A DNA stretch of 64,000 nt from Actinomycetales bacterium (GTDB lineage Bacteria; Actinomycetota; Actinomycetes; S36-B12; UBA5976). The notes under the pieces were generated by a model that was given only the letters and a program-made list of their open reading frames with translations, was not told the origin of the DNA and made no database searches. Below are positions 20,361 through 27,678 of this stretch, piece after piece. The DNA lies in assembly GCA_027484085.1 (NCBI GenBank), contig JAIXQF010000004.1, positions 1,768 through 65,767 on the forward strand, written 5' to 3'. Both the position numbers and the translations under genes were made by a program. How positions within the stretch are numbered: position 1 is the stretch's first letter; each line of letters begins with the position of its first letter.

Positions 20361-21887
20361 CTAGATATCTAGAACTAACGTTGATCCAGTGCCACGCGAA
20401 ACGCATGGGTACATGACACCAATTGCATCCTTATCCTCGTCACTCATGACGGAATCGAGATGCACGGGCTGTCCTTTGAGAACCCGAACTTCGCAGGTGC
20501 CGCAAACTCCTTCACCACACGAGGAAATCAAGGCGCCACCGTTTTCATTCAGAGCTTCAAGTAAGGACTGATCCTTTCCAACTGAGACGGTTACATTAGA
20601 GCGGGAAAGCGTAACGTCAAACGCTTCCACGATTGCATTATCACTTCGATCAACTGCGCTGAACCGCTCATAGTGAAGGCGCTCTGCTGGCACTCTTGAG
20701 ATCAAAGCATCAAGTAGTGGCTCAGGTCCACAAACATAAACATGTCCATTGAACCCAACAAGTAATGCATCTAGATCTGCGCGGCCACCCTGCTCATCGT
20801 CGGCATGAATGATCACTCGATCGCCAAACATTTCTCGAAGTTCATTCGTGTAAGCCATCGTGGCGCGAGACCGACCTGCATAAAGTAGTCGCCATTGCCG
20901 TCGACTTGGTAATGATTCAATCATTGCCTTGATTGGCGTAATCCCAATTCCACCAGCAATAAATAGGTATTCACTGGAAGCTTCGAGTTCAAAGTGATTG
21001 TGCGGTCCCGAGACATCAATTGTCATTCCGGCTTTCAGGTTGTTATGAACATAGCGACTTCCACCTCGAGACTCAGGTGATTCCAAAACTGCGATTGAGT
21101 ATTGGGAGCGATCGGCTGGATCCCCACACAAGGAATACTGTCGCTTCATGCCATCAGGTAAATGTAAAGTTACGTGAGCTCCCGGCACCCAAGGATCCAA
21201 ATTGGATCGGTCTGGAAGGACAAAATTAAAACCTAGAATTCCTTCGGCCAACGGAGTAACGGTATCCACTACAACGCTGTGCAAATTCTCTGAGTTTTGA
21301 TTCGCCCTACGACCCTCAACTGTGGCCGATAACGTTTTTGCAGATTTAGGGAAGAGAATTCTTACAATCAAAGCAACGGTTGTCAGAGTAATCAGAGTGA
21401 GTGCGGTGATCCGATAAGCCCAGGCCCGAACATCAGTGCCCGACCATCCCGCATGGAATGAAACTAGTAACACCAATGCGTAACTTGAATAGTGAATTGC
21501 CTTCCAATATTTTCGAGGCAGCTTTTTCATCATCAATGACGTAGTCTGCACTGCGATCAAAATGTATGTGCAAATAACACCAAGTGCAATTGGCCAGCCA
21601 CCTAGCCAGGCAATCTTTTGGTATTGCGAATGAAACGGAATGAACAAGTCTTGCAAAGTAAACGCCGCGTACTCGTCAATGAAAAGCGAAACCATGTGAA
21701 TTCCGACAAACACAACTGATAATCCCGAAAGCCATCTGTGTAGATCCAGTAGCCAACTTGGGTTGTCTTTTGGTTTCATCACACGAGTTGCTAGCAGAAT
21801 TCCCCAAGTCACACTAATGACCATCAAGGCCCAAGCAATGATTGCGCTAGCTCGTGTTACGTACCACCAAATTGCTGGATCTAACAT
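20361..21887 (-). CDS. Fusion of a ferric-reductase/MsrQ-like haem-b TM domain, a PDR-type flavin/NAD reductase and a plant-type 2Fe-2S ferredoxin
   Basis: The N-terminal ~180 aa form 6 TM helices with paired His (HRWLSG, GIHM, HYSSY, SFHAG). Then RQYSL flavin motif, GGIGITP NAD motif and C-terminal CGEGVCGTCE...C. The track start TTG 21902 is possible, but I prefer ATG 21887 (MLDPAIWWYV), which aligns with the paralog at 25938. Confidence 0.8.
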   Translation of the reverse strand: MLDPAIWWYVTRASAIIAWALMVISVTWGILLATRVMKPKDNPSWLLDLHRWLSGLSVVFVGIHMVSLFIDEYAAFTLQDLFIPFHSQYQKIAWLGGWPIALGVICTYILIAVQTTSLMMKKLPRKYWKAIHYSSYALVLLVSFHAGWSGTDVRAWAYRITALTLITLTTVALIVRILFPKSAKTLSATVEGRRANQNSENLHSVVVDTVTPLAEGILGFNFVLPDRSNLDPWVPGAHVTLHLPDGMKRQYSLCGDPADRSQYSIAVLESPESRGGSRYVHNNLKAGMTIDVSGPHNHFELEASSEYLFIAGGIGITPIKAMIESLPSRRQWRLLYAGRSRATMAYTNELREMFGDRVIIHADDEQGGRADLDALLVGFNGHVYVCGPEPLLDALISRVPAERLHYERFSAVDRSDNAIVEAFDVTLSRSNVTVSVGKDQSLLEALNENGGALISSCGEGVCGTCEVRVLKGQPVHLDSVMSDEDKDAIGVMYPCVSRGTGSTLVLDI

Positions 21888-22750
21888 GAATATCTTTCCC
21901 AATTCTTTGAAGTGTGAACTTGATTCGTACTGTCAACAATTAGGGCAGCAACTCCTAAGGAATCAATCCGCGTAATTCCCTCGTGTGCTCCCAAGATAAC
22001 GCACATTTTTGCTAGAACTTCCGCCTGAGCAGCATTCTGAGAAATTACTGTCGCCTGTAGAACATCTGATTCTGAACTTCTATGTGTTCGAGGATCAATA
22101 ATGTGATGCGCGCTACCGCTTTTCCATCCCATTGGACTAGAGGTGGCTAATCCGCCGCGGCTTAATGAAACAGAACTAATGAATCTGTCAGCATCCGCTG
22201 GATCAGAGATGTTTACTTTCCATCCCGCAGCACCAGATGCCATACCCTTTACCGCCACGTCTCCACCTGCAAATACAGCAACGCCCATAGCTCCGAGTTG
22301 CATTGCGTAATCGCTCATTAAATCTGCTGCAAGGCCTTTCCCAATTCCGCCGGCATCAAGTGCAACGCCGCGTGGGACGCGAACTGACTTTGCATCTAGA
22401 TCAATCTCGACATCAGATAAGTTTGCGGACGTTTTTGCTTTTGTAGTCCAGTTAGTTACATTTTCTGCATTAGAACGACTTCTTGCAAAGCCCAAATCAA
22501 TCATCTCGCCAAGGATGTTGCCACTGTAAAGACCTTGAGTCAGTTCAAATCCCAACTTCATCTCACTGACAAGTCGAAGTGTCGCATCACTGACTTGGTG
22601 CAATGAGTCAGGGTTGTTGTTTAGTCGCATAACTTCTGAATCAGGAATAAATCGAGACCATTTACTCTCGAGCTCAATCGCAAGAGCATAGATGGCATCA
22701 CAGATGGATTTGTCAGCTTCAACTAACAAGCAAAAGAAACTTGTTCCCAT
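21881..22750 (-). CDS. apbE: FAD:protein FMN transferase (ApbE family), no signal peptide
   Basis: 289 aa. AMGT-type N-terminus, SRFIPDSEVMRLN, LDAGGIGKGLAAD, FAGGDV, GLATSS, HHIIDPRT, AAQAEVLAK. The in-frame stretch between the upstream TAA and ATG 22750 has no ATG/GTG/TTG/CTG, so no longer form with a signal peptide is possible. Confidence 0.88.
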   Translation of the reverse strand: MGTSFFCLLVEADKSICDAIYALAIELESKWSRFIPDSEVMRLNNNPDSLHQVSDATLRLVSEMKLGFELTQGLYSGNILGEMIDLGFARSRSNAENVTNWTTKAKTSANLSDVEIDLDAKSVRVPRGVALDAGGIGKGLAADLMSDYAMQLGAMGVAVFAGGDVAVKGMASGAAGWKVNISDPADADRFISSVSLSRGGLATSSPMGWKSGSAHHIIDPRTHRSSESDVLQATVISQNAAQAEVLAKMCVILGAHEGITRIDSLGVAALIVDSTNQVHTSKNWERYSC

Positions 22751-22815
22751 CGCATCGAAATCAATGCGTTGAGTTACTCCTGTCGCCGAACTCCCGATGG
22801 TAATTATGTTCTCGA

Positions 22816-23292
22816 CTAAACCTGGGTAAGTACGTATCCGTACTTAGCATTTTTACATTGACCAGTTGCGGTTGGGTTCTCGGTCTTGCCACCCGGAGAC
22901 ATACAGGTGTAAACAACCGAAGCAGTTGGTGCTGAAGGTGCTGCTGCAGGAGTTTTCGTAGCTGTTGGTGCTACCGGTGTAGCAGGTGCCACAGTCGCAG
23001 CCGTGGGACTGCCCGGTTTCGTAGGAGCGGCTTGAGTAGTCGGAGCAATTGTTGCCGATGGTGTTACTTGCGTTACCGAACTACTTGGCATAGTGGTAAC
23101 CGGTACTAGATTTCCATTTGCATCTGTGCTTGTTGGTTGGATTGGCACGCCGCTTGAATCAACTACATTTGCAACTAGCTCGGCTTGATGCGTGTTCCAA
23201 GCAAAGCTGGTGACCACGCTAACAAATGCAGTAGTGGAGATCCCAAGCGTTGCAATTCTTGCGCGGCGGGCTGGGTGAGGATTTCGTTTCAT
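22816..23292 (-). CDS. Membrane-tethered mini-protein A: RR-containing signal anchor, Pro/Thr/Ala-rich linker and conserved C-terminal CX15C motif
   Basis: 158 aa. MKRNPHPARRARIATLGISTTAFVSVVTSF, about 90 aa low-complexity linker, then VVYTCMSPGGKTENPTATGQCKNAKYGYVLTQV. Paralog at 26510..27034. TAAtcATG coupling to the upstream gene. Confidence 0.6.
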   Translation of the reverse strand: MKRNPHPARRARIATLGISTTAFVSVVTSFAWNTHQAELVANVVDSSGVPIQPTSTDANGNLVPVTTMPSSSVTQVTPSATIAPTTQAAPTKPGSPTAATVAPATPVAPTATKTPAAAPSAPTASVVYTCMSPGGKTENPTATGQCKNAKYGYVLTQV

Positions 23293-23294
23293 GA

Positions 23295-23717
23295 TTAATC
23301 ATCATCCTCATCTTCATACTCATCGTCTTCATCATCGTCTTCATCAGCGTCTTCATCATCGTCTTCATCGTCGTCTTCATCCTCTTCACCATTGGAGGGA
23401 TTCGGGTTGTCATAAACCACGTTTGGATTGGCAGGATCGACGATTGTGCCGACAGCTGGGGTGTTCGGATCTACTGCCGGTTGTGTAGCAGCCGTTCCAT
23501 CACTGGAAATCGGAGTTTCAGCAGTCCCTGGCACAACAGCATCAGACTGTGGTGTCTCCACAGCCACCATGTCGGTGGGAGGCAGCAAACTTGTGGTTGC
23601 GGTTCCAACTGTAGATTTTGTCGGTGTAATGAGCGCCTGGGTATTAATGGCAGCAGCTGCGGTGCCAGTAAGCAAAACAGCGGATAGTGCGAGGCTGGTG
23701 CTAAATTTTGATTTCAT
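23295..23717 (-). CDS. Exported protein with a 30-residue poly-Asp/Glu C-terminal tail
   Basis: 140 aa. Signal peptide MKSKFSTSLALSAVLLTGTAAAA, Pro/Thr/Ala-rich middle, tail GEEDEDDDEDDDEDADEDDDEDDEYEDEDDD. Confidence 0.62.
   Translation of the reverse strand: MKSKFSTSLALSAVLLTGTAAAAINTQALITPTKSTVGTATTSLLPPTDMVAVETPQSDAVVPGTAETPISSDGTAATQPAVDPNTPAVGTIVDPANPNVVYDNPNPSNGEEDEDDDEDDDEDADEDDDEDDEYEDEDDD
23321..23380. repeat. Five tandem 12-bp units (consensus catcgtcttcat) encoding the acidic tail
   Basis: catcgtcttcat / catcgtcttcat / cagcgtcttcat / catcgtcttcat / cgtcgtcttcat read directly. In frame, one unit is 4 codons. Confidence 0.85.
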
Positions 23718-23762
23718 GTCTCAAAACTAGCTATTGGATTCCCTAGTTTGAGTCGGTGTTTA

Positions 23763-23781
23763 TCCAAGAAATAGCCAAGAA
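23763..23781. promoter_or_regulatory. Candidate OmpR-family response-regulator box (direct repeat ccaagaaa, 11-bp period)
   Basis: ccaagaaa at 23763-23770 and 23774-23781, in the 111-bp divergent region between the acidic-tail operon and the response regulator gene. A degenerate look-alike ccaataaa/ccaaaaga lies at 27134-27151, upstream of the second module. Confidence 0.25.
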
Positions 23782-23828
23782 AGGCTTTGCGGTAGGAATC
23801 GGCCCAAAAACCCGAGAAAATAGACATT

Positions 23829-24506
23829 ATGCGTATTCTGCTGGTTGAAGACGACCCTTCCGTGGCTGCCAGTGTTATTGATGGATTGGTAAATGCCAAC
23901 TTAGAAGTTGAACATGTATCAACGGGCAGTGATGCGATTTCGAAAGCGCTGGCCCAAGACTTCGACCTGATACTTCTTGATCTTGGGCTTCCAGATATGG
24001 ATGGACAAGATGTTTGTCGTTCCGTGCGCGAAACCTCAACAACGCCGATCATAGTTTTGTCTGCGCGAAGTGAAGAGATAGACCGAGTTCTGGCTTTGGA
24101 ATTTGGAGCGGACGATTACATGGTTAAGCCATTTGGGATGCGTGAACTTGTCGCGCGCATCCGAGCCGTTGCCAGACGAGTAAGTCCTACCGAATCGGGT
24201 CCAGTTGCTGCAACTCAGAATATCGGCGCGTTAAGTATCGATCGACGTTCTCAGAAAGTCTTCATTAATGGCGAGGATGTTTATCTCACTCCTAAAGAAT
24301 TCGATTTGCTCGCATATTTAGCAACAGATCCTGGTGCGGTTTACCGACGCAATGACATCATGAATGAAGTTTGGGATACCAATTGGTACGGGACTACAAA
24401 AACTGTTGATGCACATGTGGCAGCCCTCCGAAAAAAACTTGGTAACCAGGACTGGATCGAAGCAGTAAGAGGCGTTGGATTCAGGTTGGGAGATCCCAAC
24501 TCGTGA
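23829..24506 (+). CDS. OmpR/PhoB-family response regulator
   Basis: 225 aa. MRILLVEDD, phospho-acceptor LILLDLGLPDMDG, winged-helix C-terminus (LTPKEFDLLAYL...VRGVGFRL). Confidence 0.93.
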   Translation: MRILLVEDDPSVAASVIDGLVNANLEVEHVSTGSDAISKALAQDFDLILLDLGLPDMDGQDVCRSVRETSTTPIIVLSARSEEIDRVLALEFGADDYMVKPFGMRELVARIRAVARRVSPTESGPVAATQNIGALSIDRRSQKVFINGEDVYLTPKEFDLLAYLATDPGAVYRRNDIMNEVWDTNWYGTTKTVDAHVAALRKKLGNQDWIEAVRGVGFRLGDPNS

Positions 24507-25888
24507 AATGGAGATTGGTAGCAGCGCTGCTTTCTCTGACAATTGTTGTTTTGGCTGTGCAGGATATTCCGTTAGTTCAGTACTTGCGCACGGTAGAGAC
24601 AGATCGCATCACCACAGCTCTAGAGCGAGATAGTTTTGTTATTGCAGGTCGTGCAGAGGAAACTCTTGAATCCCCGACCCCGGCAGGAATTGATTTTGTT
24701 CAAACTGCAATCACGAAATACAGCGGTGAAAGCGGCGCTCGTGTTGTTGTCGTGGACATTAACGGAGTCGCCATTGCGGACTCGGATTCTCAGGACGCAA
24801 TTGGGACCTCGTTCTTTAGTAGACCTGAAGTCGCAGAAGCACTTAACGGTTCAGTCTCGATAGGTAGACGATTTTCTACTACCGCGAACCAAGAGCTTCT
24901 ATTTGTAGCCGTTCCGATTCTGAATGGCCCTAATACCCTTGGCGCAGTAAGAATCACATTTCCAGCATCTGTAGTGGATGAGGCTGTAAATCAAAGAATT
25001 CGTGGCATCAGTTCGGTTGCTGGTATCGCATTGATCGTTTCGGTACTTGTTGCACTGGTACTCGCGCTTGGAATTACTCGGCGTTTGTCAGATCTAAAAA
25101 ATGTGACGGATGAATTCACCGAGGGTAACTACAAAGTACGTGCAGAAATTGACAGTGGCGCTCCGGAGATTCGTTCGCTGGCCAATAGCTTTAACGGCAT
25201 GGCTCAAAAGCTGGATAAATTGATCACGCAACAGAAAGCTTTTGCTGGCGATGCATCACATCAACTTCGAACCCCTTTAACGGCATTGCAACTTCGACTA
25301 GAGCGTGCAGCAGAACTTCTGGAAACAGATCCTGCGGGAGCTGCTGAGCGAATTGAAGCAGCGATAGCAGAAGCTGATCGCCTCCAGAGATTAGTTGAAG
25401 GACTACTTGCGCTTAGTAGATCTGAAAATGCAGACTCAATCGCGCGAATCAAATGCGATGCTGCACAGATTGCTAGGGAAAGATTTCAAAGCTGGGAAGC
25501 ACTTGCCGATGAGCAGGATGTTGAACTTGTCCTTAATGTCCCCGAAGCAGCAATGATCTTGGCTATTCCTGGAACCTTGGAGCAAATCATAGATAACTAT
25601 GTCGATAACGCATTGGCTGTTGTTCCTGCTAACTCAAAAATCTGCATTGAAGTTACAGCCGGGGTTGAGTTAACCAAAATTTCCGTGCTCGATGAAGGCC
25701 CCGGTATTCCAGAATCTGACCTTGCTAAAGCCTTCAATCGATTTTGGAGAGCGCGTAGCGACTCCGATGGTTCAGGTTTAGGTCTGGCAATTGTTGATCA
25801 GTTAGCAACGTCGAGTGGCGGTAGGGCTGAAGTCGTGAATCGGACTCCTCATGGCCTAAGCGCAGACGCATACTTCCCTACTGCTTAA
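24503..25888 (+). CDS. Sensor histidine kinase (2 TM, ~150-aa extracytoplasmic sensor, HAMP, HisKA, HATPase)
   Basis: 461 aa. GTGA overlap with the regulator. H-box FAGDASHQLRTPL, N-box DNYVDNAL, G-boxes LDEGPGI and GSGLGLAIV. Confidence 0.9.
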   Translation: MKWRLVAALLSLTIVVLAVQDIPLVQYLRTVETDRITTALERDSFVIAGRAEETLESPTPAGIDFVQTAITKYSGESGARVVVVDINGVAIADSDSQDAIGTSFFSRPEVAEALNGSVSIGRRFSTTANQELLFVAVPILNGPNTLGAVRITFPASVVDEAVNQRIRGISSVAGIALIVSVLVALVLALGITRRLSDLKNVTDEFTEGNYKVRAEIDSGAPEIRSLANSFNGMAQKLDKLITQQKAFAGDASHQLRTPLTALQLRLERAAELLETDPAGAAERIEAAIAEADRLQRLVEGLLALSRSENADSIARIKCDAAQIARERFQSWEALADEQDVELVLNVPEAAMILAIPGTLEQIIDNYVDNALAVVPANSKICIEVTAGVELTKISVLDEGPGIPESDLAKAFNRFWRARSDSDGSGLGLAIVDQLATSSGGRAEVVNRTPHGLSADAYFPTA

Positions 25889-25937
25889 CGCGATTTCCGC
25901 ACTATAACTTCTTTCCTGCTTGAGGAATTGAAAAAGG

Positions 25938-26507
25938 TCAGCGCTTTTTGACTCTAGTAGCCCTTAATCGGACGATAACGGCAACGATTGTTAACAGAAT
26001 TAGTGAAATTCCAATCGCTCTATATATCCAATTGCTTGCATCCGTACCAGTCCAGCCCGCATGAGCAGAAACCAGAAGTACCAGCAGATAACTTGAGTAG
26101 TGAACTGCTTTCCACGCTCTGGTTGTCATCTTCTGGCGGAATAAGGAAGTTAGTTGCACTGCAAAAAGGATGTGAAGCGACAAGACACCAAACGCTATTG
26201 GAAATCGACCTAGTGACGGATTCTTTACATAATCCGAGTGAAATGGCACAGCGATATCCAGAACAGTAAACGTTACAAAGCTATCTAACATCAAAGAAGT
26301 AATGTGGGTTACTGCAAAGACAAATGTTAAGCCAGACAACCAATTATGAAAATGAAACAACCAACTTGGACTATCGTTTGGCTTTAAGACTCGAGTCGAA
26401 AGCAAGATTCCAATTACAACTGCGACCACAAGTAAACTCCACGCAACAATTCCACTAGCGCGACTTACAAACCACCAGATGGCAGGCGTATCTAGTTGCA
26501 AGTTCAT
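25938..26507 (-). CDS. Ferric-reductase/MsrQ-like haem-b membrane protein (TM domain only)
   Basis: Aligns along its length with the N-terminal domain of 20361..21887 (LDTPAIWWFVSRASGIVAW / HNWLSGL / HYSSYLLVLLVSAHAGWTGTD). ATG 26507 follows the upstream stop as TAGtcATG. The track start 26537 is also possible. Confidence 0.8.
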   Translation of the reverse strand: MNLQLDTPAIWWFVSRASGIVAWSLLVVAVVIGILLSTRVLKPNDSPSWLFHFHNWLSGLTFVFAVTHITSLMLDSFVTFTVLDIAVPFHSDYVKNPSLGRFPIAFGVLSLHILFAVQLTSLFRQKMTTRAWKAVHYSSYLLVLLVSAHAGWTGTDASNWIYRAIGISLILLTIVAVIVRLRATRVKKR

Positions 26508-26509
26508 GA

Positions 26510-27034
26510 CTAAACCAAGGTGAGGACGTATCCCCATTTAGTTGGACAGCTCGGTGTGCCGCCTGGCTCTCGAGTATTTCCCCCAGGGGACATACAGGTG
26601 TAAACAAGCACAGGTTCTTCTGGCGCAACATTTTCAACATCTGGCGAAACGGGTATCGACGGGCTTGCCGGTTGTACTCCACTGGTCAACGTTGGTGAAG
26701 GGTTGACAACAGGCGCTGCTGATTTTGTTGGGCTTGCACTTGGTTGAGTATTGGTGGCTAGAGAAGCATCATCATCAACAGATGGAGCAGAGGAAGGAGA
26801 AGAACCCAAAGTTGGCAATTGTGCCACTGGGGATTCGGTAACAGAAATCGGGTTTTGGGTGACTAGAACTTCTGGGGCCAGAGGCAGGTTTTCCCCTGCG
26901 AATTTCACACTCTTATCTGGTGAAAGATCTTGTGATTCCGAAATGAATCCGGAGACCATTGTCACGAAGGCTGCAGCGCTCACACCGGTTGCCACCAGAC
27001 GGCTTCGCAATGCGGGCTTGAATCGCAACTTCAC
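26510..27034 (-). CDS. Membrane-tethered mini-protein B (paralog of 22816..23292)
   Basis: GTG 27034 is preceded by GGAG at 8-nt spacing and gives MKLRFKPALRSRLVATGVSAAAFVTMVSGF, parallel to MKRNPHPARRARIATLGISTTAF of A. Ser/Pro-rich linker, C-terminus VLVYTCMSPGGNTREPGGTPSCPTKWGYVLTLV. Confidence 0.6.
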   Translation of the reverse strand: MKLRFKPALRSRLVATGVSAAAFVTMVSGFISESQDLSPDKSVKFAGENLPLAPEVLVTQNPISVTESPVAQLPTLGSSPSSAPSVDDDASLATNTQPSASPTKSAAPVVNPSPTLTSGVQPASPSIPVSPDVENVAPEEPVLVYTCMSPGGNTREPGGTPSCPTKWGYVLTLV

Positions 27035-27195
27035 AGTCAAAACTCCAGATGATGCACGCGAGGGTATCTGCGTGGGTAACTAAATTCTAAATGAGCAAAT
27101 AGTCCGCGCAATTGCTGGTAATCCTTTGTTATTCCAATAAACGCCAAAAGAAGTGAATATTTAGCGTAACTATTTAATGTTTAACAAAAGTTCAT

Positions 27196-27678
27196 TTACG
27201 CAACATCATTGTTGCGGCGATCGCCATTGCTTGGTGGTTCTTTAACACGACATATGCGCTCCAGCCAGAGTGCAACCACTGCCGTCAACAAGCTTGCGAT
27301 TGCAGTGGCAGCGGAGATTCGAATTCGATCGGTACCTGCACTGGAATAGTCTGCAGCAATGTTGGCAAGAAGAACACCAACGTAGAAACCGAACGCTAAC
27401 GAACCAACGCGCGATGCAGCCATTGCTAAAGCCGCCGAACGCGCCGCGACGATTGGATGCAGGCGATTTAGAGTTGTACCTGGCTTAAGCCGCGCCCTTG
27501 CCATAACGGTCCACAACAGAAGTGTTACAAAAACCAGGATCATCGCAAATGCAGAGCCAAGTGACACCGGCATTCCTTGCCCAAAGAATGTTGGCCAGAG
27601 ATTAGCTATGGACCAGCCCACTGCAGCCGAAAGAACTGCTAGCAAACTCAGGTTGCCAATTTTTGTCTGCTGAATCAT
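27196..27678 (-). CDS. DUF3180-type integral membrane protein
   Basis: 160 aa, 4 predicted TM helices. Immediately downstream of folK with an ATGA overlap, the conserved actinobacterial position of DUF3180. Confidence 0.7.
   Translation of the reverse strand: MIQQTKIGNLSLLAVLSAAVGWSIANLWPTFFGQGMPVSLGSAFAMILVFVTLLLWTVMARARLKPGTTLNRLHPIVAARSAALAMAASRVGSLAFGFYVGVLLANIAADYSSAGTDRIRISAATAIASLLTAVVALWLERICRVKEPPSNGDRRNNDVA

Noticed and set aside
23291-23488. Forward-strand 65-aa ORF with a striking His-rich repeat (HHRLHHRLHQRLHHRLHRRLHP) that looks like a metal-binding peptide.
   Set aside because: It is the antisense reading of the GAT/GAA/GAC tandem repeat encoding the poly-Asp/Glu tail of 23295..23717. 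It has no independent start context and lies wholly inside a better-supported gene.
20361-27040. Interpreting the redox cluster as a phage-defence or toxin system because of its duplicated small ORFs.
   Set aside because: All recognisable domains are redox or signalling domains (haem-b TM, flavin/NAD, 2Fe-2S, ApbE, two-component system). No nuclease, ATPase-defence or toxin-like motifs are seen.
27041-27195. AT-rich 155-bp intergenic stretch considered as a possible small RNA or foreign insertion boundary.
   Set aside because: No hairpin/terminator pair or conserved RNA motif is recognisable. It is most simply the promoter region of the mini-protein B operon. Only the weak direct repeat is reported, under the regulatory finding.
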